Shown here one piece after another: positions 8,812 through 16,713 of a stretch of 60,446 nt of DNA. Source of the stretch: a virus (taxonomy: Duplodnaviria; Caudoviricetes); IMG/VR virus record IMGVR_UViG_3300023245_000015, positions 1 through 60,446 of that record, one strand, 5' to 3'. The first letter of the stretch is position 1, and every line of letters begins with the position of its first letter. The notes under the pieces are model-generated. The model had not been told where the DNA came from, did no database searches, and saw only the letters and a program-made list of their open reading frames with translations. The position numbers and the translations under genes were made by a program.

Positions 8812-9990
8812 ATGACGATTAATATGGAAGAAGCAGTGAAGTGGATGCGTACCGCGCTGCTGGAGGAAACCCCTCACTCTGCTCTCGGCGCATCATCAGG
8901 TGATCGCTGGTTAAACTGCCCAGGTTCATACAATGCCCAGAAAGGTCTTGAAGACACTACATCCGTTTTTGCAGCGGAAGGCACATTCGCTCACGTATTC
9001 TCTGAGCTGCTACGAACATTTGAAGTTCCTGCGAAAGACTTCCTGGGTATGAAGATCACCAAGTGTAAAGGCTATGAAGACTTTGAAGTTGACATGGAAA
9101 TGGTTGATAACATTCAAGGCTTTGTCGATCGTGCCGGCGAATTCGGTGGCGATGCATTCTTTGAGATCACCGTCGACTACTCACGCTGGGTTGACAATGG
9201 TGAGGTTCAGGGGTTTGGCACGATGGATGACATTCGCATGAAGGAAGCAATCTGCAAAGTCACTGACCTCAAGTATGGTAAAGGCAAGCCAGTCTTTGCT
9301 GAAGAAAACACCCAGCAAAAGCTCTACTGCCTTGGCGTCTATGAAGAGTATGGGCACCTGTACGACTTCGAAGGCTTCATCATCGCAATCGACCAGCCCC
9401 GACTAGACAGCTACACCACCTGGGAAATCAGCCTAGAAGATTTGCTGGAATGGGCTGAGACCGTCGTGAGACCAGCTGTTGTAGCAACAATCGCCACCGA
9501 CGCAGCATTCAACGTGGGTGACTGGTGCGGTTTCTGTAGAGCCAGAACGCGATGCGCTACCCGGGTAACGACCATGCTTGACATCTATAAGAAGCACAAA
9601 ACCGTTGCATCGAATGATGACCTGGCTATGATTCTGCCTATGTTTGCGGACATCAAGAAATGGATGTCTGAATCTGACGAATTAGCCCTGTCAGAACTTG
9701 CAAAAGGTAATAAAGTAGGCGATTATAAGATGGTGGCAGGCCGATCAAGTAGGGTCTGGGGGGATGAAGCGGTTGTGGTCAAAGCCCTTAAGAAAGCAAA
9801 ATTGAAAGTCGGAGAGATGTATAACAAAAAACTTATTGGCATGGGTCAGGCAGAAAAACTGTTAGGCAAAACACATGACATATTTTCCGACATCAAAGTT
9901 GTGCTTAAGCCTTCAGGAAAACCTACCATGGTACCTGGCAGTGATAAGCGCACTCCCTTAACAGTCGATGCAGCAGAGGAATTCGCATGA
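8812..9990 (+). CDS. DUF2800 Cas4-like PD-(D/E)xK exonuclease
   Basis: HSALGASS..RWLNCPGS, AAEGTFAH, FGTMD, DLKYGKG, QPR, WCGFCRA..C; AGGAG RBS. Confidence 0.85.
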   Translation: MTINMEEAVKWMRTALLEETPHSALGASSGDRWLNCPGSYNAQKGLEDTTSVFAAEGTFAHVFSELLRTFEVPAKDFLGMKITKCKGYEDFEVDMEMVDNIQGFVDRAGEFGGDAFFEITVDYSRWVDNGEVQGFGTMDDIRMKEAICKVTDLKYGKGKPVFAEENTQQKLYCLGVYEEYGHLYDFEGFIIAIDQPRLDSYTTWEISLEDLLEWAETVVRPAVVATIATDAAFNVGDWCGFCRARTRCATRVTTMLDIYKKHKTVASNDDLAMILPMFADIKKWMSESDELALSELAKGNKVGDYKMVAGRSSRVWGDEAVVVKALKKAKLKVGEMYNKKLIGMGQAEKLLGKTHDIFSDIKVVLKPSGKPTMVPGSDKRTPLTVDAAEEFA

Positions 9991-10135
9991 AAACCGTATT
10001 AGCTTCAATCAAAACGTGGTGGAATGATGACAGCGATAGCGCACCTCTACACGTTATGGACATCGTGCTACTAAGCATCGTCGTATTTTTAGTCATCAGT
10101 GCCAATATGTACTGGGCGGGCTAACAAAAAGTTTA

Positions 10136-10168
10136 ACCGGTAAGTCTCTCGCCGGTCTAATGAGAGAC
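10136..10168 (+). promoter_or_regulatory. H-type RNA pseudoknot upstream of the SSB gene
   Basis: S1 ACCGGT(10136-41)/GCCGGT(10151-56); S2 GTCTCTC(10144-50)/GAGAGAC(10162-68). Confidence 0.65.
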
Positions 10169-10188
10169 AAATAAATAGGATATACACA

Positions 10189-10761
10189 ATGGGTGTTACC
10201 TCAGAAAAGATTAAACTGGAAAATGTACGACTGTCTTTCGCAGAGCTTTTTGTTGCGAAGCCGTTCAAGCCGGGTGAGGAGAAGAAGCGGTATCAAGCAA
10301 CTTACTTGCTGGATCCGTCAGACAAAGCACATGCCAAACAGATCAAAATGATCGAAGCGGCAGGCGAAGCAATCGGCAATGAGGAATGGGATGGTAAGAT
10401 TCCCAAACTGAAAGGTCGTGCATATGGCTATGAAGATGATCTTGAAGGTAAGATCTACGATGGCTACGAAGGCATGTTCTGGGTCAAAACCAGTAAAGGT
10501 GAAGAAGAAGGTCGAGTCACAGTGGTTGACCAGAACAACGATCCTTTGACAGCTGATGACAACAAAGTCTACAATGGCTGCTATGTCGATGCGACATTGA
10601 CGCTTTGGACCCAAGACAATTCGTGGGGCAAGCGTATCAATGGTAACCTTCGAGCGATTAAATATCGTGGTCCAGGTGAAGCATTCGGTCGCGCACCTAT
10701 CGAAGCAGAAGACGAGTTTGGTGAAAGCTCATCTGATGATGGTGGCTTTTTAGACGACTAA
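10189..10761 (+). CDS. DUF2815 single-stranded DNA-binding protein (gp2.5-like)
   Basis: NVRLSF..LF, YNGCYVDA, N.WGKRING.L, acidic tail ending FLDD. Confidence 0.85.
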   Translation: MGVTSEKIKLENVRLSFAELFVAKPFKPGEEKKRYQATYLLDPSDKAHAKQIKMIEAAGEAIGNEEWDGKIPKLKGRAYGYEDDLEGKIYDGYEGMFWVKTSKGEEEGRVTVVDQNNDPLTADDNKVYNGCYVDATLTLWTQDNSWGKRINGNLRAIKYRGPGEAFGRAPIEAEDEFGESSSDDGGFLDD

Positions 10762-10770
10762 AGTTCGACA

Positions 10771-10845
10771 GCAGGAAATCAGAGGCGCAATGCTTCGATC
10801 TCTCCGCACCCGTGTGATCAGGGGTGTCCTGCGAATCTGATCACA
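10771..10845 (+). promoter_or_regulatory. multi-stem pseudoknotted RNA upstream of DNA polymerase
   Basis: GCAGGA/TCCTGC, GAGGC-GCAAT-GCTTC, CACCC/GGGTG whose loop pairs with downstream CTGATCACA. Confidence 0.55.
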
Positions 10846-10870
10846 ACTCTTTTAAGTGTTGGAGAACACA

Positions 10871-12895
10871 ATGATTTGCCACATAGACATAGAAACCTAC
10901 AGCGAAACCGATCTACCCAAAGCCGGTGTTTACCGGTACGCGGAAGACCCCTCGACAGAAATCCTCTGCGTCTGTTACGCCTTCGACGGTGAACCCGTAG
11001 AACTTTGGGTGCCTTGGGAGCAGAACGATTTACCGCTGGAGCTAGTGCTCGCTCTGATAAACATAATCCCTCCCGAATATTTACATTTCGGTTTAGGGTG
11101 CCCTGTTGAGTTATATGATTACATGGACAATGGCGGTAAGTGTGCGGCTCACAATGCTGAGTTCGAGCGCACTATCCTCAACGGTCATGCCGGCAAACTG
11201 CTAGGATTCCCTGAGACTAAGATTCGGAACTGGCACTGCACTGCGGCGAAAGCTGCTGCTAGCGGGCTACCTCGCTCCTTGGACGGCGTCTGCAAAGCGC
11301 TGAACACTAAGCACCAAAAACAAACTGACGGCAAAGCCCACATGATGGCATTGTCTAAACCTCGCCGGAAAGACTCTTCGCCGCGCTGGACACCTCAAGA
11401 AGACCCTGATCGATTCAAGTCGCTATACCTCTATTGCATTGACGATGTTAAAGCTGAACGTGAAGTGGATCAGACCATCCCAGACCTATCGCCCTATGAG
11501 CAGCAAATCTGGGTATTGGATCAGGTGATTAACCGTCGTGGTATCAGAATCGATTTGCCACAGATTCACACCACGATGAGGCTTCGTGACGAATATAAGA
11601 AAGTCATCGAGACGCAATGCGTCGACCTGACCGGTTTCAAACCCACCCAAACCGGCAAACTCGCCGAATGGATTCGCGAACGTGAACCTCTTGAGAACCT
11701 GTCAGCACCTGTCGTGAAAGCCAAGCTGGCTGAGGCTGACATCGATTCAGGGGTACGTCAGGCGCTGAGAATGAGAACCAGCCACGCCATGAAAGCCCCA
11801 TCAAAACTCGAAGCCATGATACGTGCTGTCTGTAAAGATGAAAGGCTACATGGCATGTTCTTGTATCATGGTGGCGCACCTGGTCGCTGGGCATCCAGAC
11901 TCGTGCAGTTGCAGAACATGTTCAGGTCCGTATTAAAGAATGATGATCTTGCTATTGAGACAATCGCACTAGGTTATATGGATTGGCTCAAGACCTTGTT
12001 CGGTGACTATGACCTGATGAAAGTCTTCGCATCCGTCATGCGCGGGATGATCATACCATCGGAAGGCAAAGACTTAATGTGTATGGACTTCTCGTCAATT
12101 GAAGCCCGGATCGCAGCATGGCTTGCCGGGTCCGAAAAATTGCTCGAGATCTACCGCACACATGGCATGGTCTATGCCCACACCGCTGCACAGATATATG
12201 GTCTCAATGAAAATGATATAGATGTACTGCTTGACATAGAAAATAATGAGCCGTACAAGCGTCTAGTTGGTAAAGTCGGCACACTCAGCCTTCAATTTGG
12301 CGGCGGCGGGCAGGCTTACCTGAAGATGGGTGCACAGTATGGTCTCGATGTCGATTTCGAACGCGGCGAAGAGATCAAGAACGAATGGCGAGCCAATAAT
12401 AAAGAGATTGTCGGCTACTGGTACGAGCTGGAACAGGCCTGGCAGGATGCGGTGACCTTCCCGGGCAGCATTTACAAGGCTGGAATCATTCTATTTCGTG
12501 TCAATGGCGATTTCATGGAAGTACGTCTACCCTCTGGCCGGCTGATGAAGTATTATAAGCCTCAATATGATCATGACGGATGCTCTTATGAAGGCATTGA
12601 CACCTACACTCGTCAATGGACACGAGTCAAAACATGGGGCGGCAAGCTGCTCCAGAACCTTACAGAAGCGATCGGTCGTGACCGCATGGCGCACGGCATG
12701 TTGACATTAGAGAGATCAGGCAAGTACCCGATTCTAGGCACAGTGCATGATGAAGTAATCACAGAGCCCAATGAAGGTGAGGGTTCGATAGAAGAAGGTA
12801 TCGAGCTAATGTGCCGAGCACCTTCACCCGACTGGTCAGAAGGTCTCCCAGTAGGCGCTTCCGGCTTCCGTGCCAAGCGCTATAAAAAGGAATAA
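10871..12895 (+). CDS. family A DNA polymerase (APSE-like)
   Basis: Exo HIDIET, AHNAEFE, YCIDDV; motif A DFSSIEAR; motif B RLVGKVGTLSLQFG; motif C VHDE. Confidence 0.92.
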   Translation: MICHIDIETYSETDLPKAGVYRYAEDPSTEILCVCYAFDGEPVELWVPWEQNDLPLELVLALINIIPPEYLHFGLGCPVELYDYMDNGGKCAAHNAEFERTILNGHAGKLLGFPETKIRNWHCTAAKAAASGLPRSLDGVCKALNTKHQKQTDGKAHMMALSKPRRKDSSPRWTPQEDPDRFKSLYLYCIDDVKAEREVDQTIPDLSPYEQQIWVLDQVINRRGIRIDLPQIHTTMRLRDEYKKVIETQCVDLTGFKPTQTGKLAEWIREREPLENLSAPVVKAKLAEADIDSGVRQALRMRTSHAMKAPSKLEAMIRAVCKDERLHGMFLYHGGAPGRWASRLVQLQNMFRSVLKNDDLAIETIALGYMDWLKTLFGDYDLMKVFASVMRGMIIPSEGKDLMCMDFSSIEARIAAWLAGSEKLLEIYRTHGMVYAHTAAQIYGLNENDIDVLLDIENNEPYKRLVGKVGTLSLQFGGGGQAYLKMGAQYGLDVDFERGEEIKNEWRANNKEIVGYWYELEQAWQDAVTFPGSIYKAGIILFRVNGDFMEVRLPSGRLMKYYKPQYDHDGCSYEGIDTYTRQWTRVKTWGGKLLQNLTEAIGRDRMAHGMLTLERSGKYPILGTVHDEVITEPNEGEGSIEEGIELMCRAPSPDWSEGLPVGASGFRAKRYKKE

Positions 12896-12898
12896 GTT

Positions 12899-13048
12899 AT
12901 GAATATAAGCCAATTAGAAGAGTTGGAGAATATCCGACGTACTGCTGAAAACGGATTAGCTCAAGCACAAAATGAGTTGCACAGTAGTAATGTCGATTTG
13001 TTTCAACACATACTAGACATATATAAAAGGATCGAGGCTGATGCTTGA
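12899..13048 (+). CDS. 49-aa protein, paralog of the N-terminus of 13327-13602
   Basis: MNISQLEELENIRRTAENGLAQAQNELHSSNVDLFQHILDIYKRIEADA. Confidence 0.65.
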   Translation: MNISQLEELENIRRTAENGLAQAQNELHSSNVDLFQHILDIYKRIEADA

Positions 13049-13325
13049 GTCCAAGATAGAGCGCAAGTTCACGGTGTGGTGTGAAGCTAATGGGATACTG
13101 GCTCGTAAGTACACCACGCCAGGCCGCAACGGCTCACCAGATCATATCTTTTTCTACAAAGGGGGTGCTGCGCTTATAGAATTCAAGCAACCTGGCAAGA
13201 AGCCTGACCCGCTTCAGATAGTGGAAATGGAGATATTGCAGAAGGCGGGCATGCCAGTGGCGTGGTTTGACAATGTCACTGATGCCAAAGAGTGGCTGTG
13301 TGATGGCTTTGAGATTGGTAGGTAA
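13041..13325 (+). CDS. VRR-NUC nuclease
   Basis: MLESKIE...PGRNGSPD...IEFKQPG..P.PLQ. Confidence 0.85.
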   Translation: MLESKIERKFTVWCEANGILARKYTTPGRNGSPDHIFFYKGGAALIEFKQPGKKPDPLQIVEMEILQKAGMPVAWFDNVTDAKEWLCDGFEIGR

Positions 13326-13326
13326 C

Positions 13327-13602
13327 ATGAACATAACTCAATCAGAAGAGTTGGAGAATATCCGTCGTACTGCTGAAAACGGATTAGCTCAAGCACAAAA
13401 TGAGTTGCACAGCAGCAACGTTGATTTGTTTCAACACATATTAGACATATATGAAAGAATTCAAGCTCCAAAAGAAAGAGGAATGGGCACCGTGCAGGAT
13501 ATTGTCAGGCGCGCTAAAGCAGGAGGTGCTTGGTATGGTGAGATACATATGATTGTTGACGGAGTGCCGGTGGACTTCGAGTATAAGTTTGCTGATGAAT
13601 GA
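13327..13602 (+). CDS. hypothetical protein with duplicated N-terminal module
   Basis: ATG 13327 after AGGT; near-identical to 12899-13040. Confidence 0.6.
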   Translation: MNITQSEELENIRRTAENGLAQAQNELHSSNVDLFQHILDIYERIQAPKERGMGTVQDIVRRAKAGGAWYGEIHMIVDGVPVDFEYKFADE

Positions 13603-13840
13603 CTGGTTGATAGGCATAGGGATATTTGTTCTCTACGCCACGATAGATTCGATCTTTGCACTGCACACGCTTTCTGTGGTGGAAGGTCGTAAGCTATATG
13701 CAGCTAACACCGGCTCGTTTCTTTATCTGCTGGTCGCTATAGGCACAATCAGCTATACAGATAACCCTTGGTTTATAGTGCCTATGGTGCTAGGCTCATG
13801 GGTCGGAAACTATTGCACAATTTGGTGGAAAGAAACATGA
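13595..13840 (+). CDS. small membrane protein
   Basis: Three hydrophobic segments, LGSWVG motif. Confidence 0.6.
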   Translation: MNDWLIGIGIFVLYATIDSIFALHTLSVVEGRKLYAANTGSFLYLLVAIGTISYTDNPWFIVPMVLGSWVGNYCTIWWKET

Positions 13841-14022
13841 ATATAGAAATACAGCGAAATGAAACAAGTCAACCTTTAGTGTATGAAGCACTTAACGCCT
13901 ACACTAAAGGGCCAATGTATTGTGTTTTGTTTGAGAAGGACGGCAAGCGAATAACTCACAAATTCCCACTATGTAGTTTATTTAGAGTGATTGAGGATTA
14001 TTCGGTCACAAAAAGCCCGTGA
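13837..14022 (+). CDS. hypothetical protein
   Basis: ATGA coupling; NAYTKGPMYCV motif. Confidence 0.6.
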   Translation: MNIEIQRNETSQPLVYEALNAYTKGPMYCVLFEKDGKRITHKFPLCSLFRVIEDYSVTKSP

Positions 14023-15425
14023 AATCTGAAGCGGATTTTTATCCATATCAACGTAAGATGATCAAACATATGATCGATCACCCGTTCTGTGGGATTTATG
14101 CCGATATGGGTTTGGGTAAGACCAGCACCACACTCACCGCGCTACTGAAACTCATTCGAGCGTTTGAAGTCGGTAAGATATTAATCGTTGCACCCCTTCG
14201 CGTTGCCCGTAAAACATGGATGGACGAAATTGAAGAATGGTCTCACCTGACCGCCCAGTTCACCGTGGCTAAAATCTTAGGCACACCTCAGCAAAGAATG
14301 GCTGGCATCGCAGTGGATGCAGACATATACATGATCAACCGTGAAAATTTCACATGGTTGTGTGAGCAGTACCGACCCAAGAGTAGCCGCAAATTACTCA
14401 AGCCCTGGCCATGGGAAATGGTTGTCATTGACGAGTCATCATCCTTCAAGTCGCAGGGTTCTGAACGCTGGAAGTCTTGGCGCCGAGTTCGTACTGAGAT
14501 AGACAGAATGATCCACCTGACCGGCTCACCAGCCCCGAAAGGTCTCAAAGACCTATGGGCGCCGATGTTTATGCTGGATGGTGGTGAGCGACTAGGCAAG
14601 TCAGAAGGCGCATTCGAAGCACGATGGTTCGATCGCATCATGCAACATCCCAAAGATCAATATGGCAAACTTCAACCTAAGCCGGGTGCCGAGAAAGAAA
14701 TCTACTCGCTGATCAGCGACATCTGTATATCACTGGTAGCCGAAGATTATCTCGACTTACCCAATGTGGTGCTTAACTGGATACCGGTCACACTCAGCAA
14801 AACCGAGATGAAGACCTATAAACAATTCGCCAAGACCGCTGTGCTTGAGATGAAGACCAAGACAGTTACCGCGGTCAATGCGGGTATTCTGGCTGGTAAG
14901 CTGCTTCAGGCGGCTAATGGTGCTATCTATACCGACCACCCAGCATGGGAAATGTTTCATGATCGGAAACTGGAAACGTTGAAAGAACTACTTATTGATA
15001 ATGTCAACAAAAACTTCATGATTATGTACACTTATAAGTCGGACTTCGACAGAATTTCTGCTATGCTGTCCACGCTGAAAGGCACTACGTGGCGTAAGCT
15101 GGATACAGAACAGGACGAGGATGACTGGAATGCAGGCAAGATAGACTACCTGCTACTCCATCCCGCGTCGTGTGGACATGGGATTCAGCTTCAGCATGGT
15201 GGTGAGTTGATCGTCTGGTTCGGATTAAACTGGTCATTGGAACTCTACACACAGGCCAATGCACGGCTAATTGGTGGCCATAGGCGGATGGGTAAAGCCC
15301 CTGTGATCCACCACATTATAGCTGAAGGCACTTACGATGAACGAGTACGATCTGTGCTTGAAGATAACCAGGCAACTCAAGACGGTTTAATGAATTCGAT
15401 AAAAATGGAACGTGAAGATGCATGA
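14019..15425 (+). CDS. SNF2-family DEAD-like helicase
   Basis: DMGLGKT, VAPLRVA, VIDESS, LTGSP, HPASCGHG.QLQ, QANARL. Confidence 0.9.
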   Translation: MKSEADFYPYQRKMIKHMIDHPFCGIYADMGLGKTSTTLTALLKLIRAFEVGKILIVAPLRVARKTWMDEIEEWSHLTAQFTVAKILGTPQQRMAGIAVDADIYMINRENFTWLCEQYRPKSSRKLLKPWPWEMVVIDESSSFKSQGSERWKSWRRVRTEIDRMIHLTGSPAPKGLKDLWAPMFMLDGGERLGKSEGAFEARWFDRIMQHPKDQYGKLQPKPGAEKEIYSLISDICISLVAEDYLDLPNVVLNWIPVTLSKTEMKTYKQFAKTAVLEMKTKTVTAVNAGILAGKLLQAANGAIYTDHPAWEMFHDRKLETLKELLIDNVNKNFMIMYTYKSDFDRISAMLSTLKGTTWRKLDTEQDEDDWNAGKIDYLLLHPASCGHGIQLQHGGELIVWFGLNWSLELYTQANARLIGGHRRMGKAPVIHHIIAEGTYDERVRSVLEDNQATQDGLMNSIKMEREDA

Positions 15426-15735
15426 AGTGGATATTCAATCCAGAATAGTTTCGGCCACTAGACAGATACGCAATCAGGTACTATCAAGATATGATGACGA
15501 TTACTCGAGAGCCCCCTCATATGTTAAGCTGCACTACAATGTGATAAAACAAGCCATCCATGATTTGAGCTTGCCAGTCAATATCAATACTTTGAATGAG
15601 GATATAAACGCTTTTAATAGAGCGTCGGCAGAATTGTATTTAAATTCTGATTTAGGTTACGCTCAGGCGTTGGTTGATGATGACTGGGTGAGACGTATAC
15701 TTTACAAAAATGAACTGCTAGCGAGGCCTGTATGA
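15412..15735 (+). CDS. hypothetical protein
   Basis: ORF packing. Confidence 0.5.
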   Translation: MKMHEVDIQSRIVSATRQIRNQVLSRYDDDYSRAPSYVKLHYNVIKQAIHDLSLPVNINTLNEDINAFNRASAELYLNSDLGYAQALVDDDWVRRILYKNELLARPV

Positions 15736-16181
15736 CACAAGTATGGAAGGAATTTTTAGGAATAGACCAAATGATCTACGCTTTTGGCTGGATCCCAGTA
15801 CCTGTTTTTATTAACAACAAACCTTTATTGGGTGCAGAAGCCTGTCAATTTTTGATATTTACCTGGATCAATGTAAAGCCTAAATATTTTACGGATCAAG
15901 GGCTGATTCTCCACGAACAGGAGCACTGCGAAGACATTTACCGATATGGCTTGATAGGCTATGCACTGTTGTACAAGTTTAGTGCTAAGTGGCGATTGTT
16001 CTTTGAGCTAAAAGCCTACGTCCGACAGTATGTAGAATACAAAACAAACCGACCCACCTTCGTGGCGGATGACAGAGTGTTTGACATACTGGCCAGATAC
16101 ATTGCTCGTTATGATGTCGGCTTACCGCTCGAGATTATCAAAGCAAAATTTCGCTATGCTATTGCCGAAGCGATTGAATAA
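15732..16181 (+). CDS. putative HExxH zinc metallopeptidase
   Basis: ILHEQEH...Y.FS.KWRL..E.KAY; homolog at 54487-54933. Confidence 0.6.
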   Translation: MTQVWKEFLGIDQMIYAFGWIPVPVFINNKPLLGAEACQFLIFTWINVKPKYFTDQGLILHEQEHCEDIYRYGLIGYALLYKFSAKWRLFFELKAYVRQYVEYKTNRPTFVADDRVFDILARYIARYDVGLPLEIIKAKFRYAIAEAIE

Positions 16182-16713
16182 TCCCTGCTAAACCTGTCGG
16201 GAGAGAGGGTTTGTCATCGATAGCCTTGTGTCTCGACACGGTTTCACTTCGAAGATCACCAAAGTACGATCTAACTACATAAGCAAAAGTGCCTGAGATG
16301 GTTAAAAACACACCGGCCATCTCGACACTAAACGCTGTTGCAGCACCACTGACTATGTAGACATACGCTGTAGCTCCAACAAAGATCACACTGATAAAGA
16401 TCAAGGTGTTCATAGCCTTATTCACCAGCTTCGCTCGAGTCTCCTGCCCATCTGATCTAGCCATAGCTTCGTACCGACGCGTCCGACCTTCTTCTTCGGT
16501 CTTTTTTAGATCAATCTCAGCTAGGTAAATGGATTCTTGTTGAGCTGCAGGCAATGTGTCAATAACATATTCTGCATCTGTGCCTGTAGCACGTCCTGTT
16601 AGCTGATTATCCTTTGGTAAAAAGCTGTTGATCACTGGTATGGCCAAAGCACCTAGCGGATGTGCGGACAACAAGCCTGTGCCCACAGTTTTTAATATCG
16701 ATTTAATGTCCAT
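16159..16713 (-). CDS. 3TM-holin-like membrane protein
   Basis: Amphipathic N-terminus, two TMs followed by YFG. Confidence 0.55.
   Translation of the reverse strand: MDIKSILKTVGTGLLSAHPLGALAIPVINSFLPKDNQLTGRATGTDAEYVIDTLPAAQQESIYLAEIDLKKTEEEGRTRRYEAMARSDGQETRAKLVNKAMNTLIFISVIFVGATAYVYIVSGAATAFSVEMAGVFLTISGTFAYVVRSYFGDLRSETVSRHKAIDDKPSLPTGLAGIIQSLRQ

Noticed and set aside
8812-9990. CRISPR-Cas system from the Cas4-like gene
   Set aside because: It is the standard DUF2800 replication nuclease, with no array or other cas genes
12899-13465. DGR template/variable repeat pair
   Set aside because: Differences are mostly synonymous C/T, not adenine-specific, and no reverse transcriptase is present
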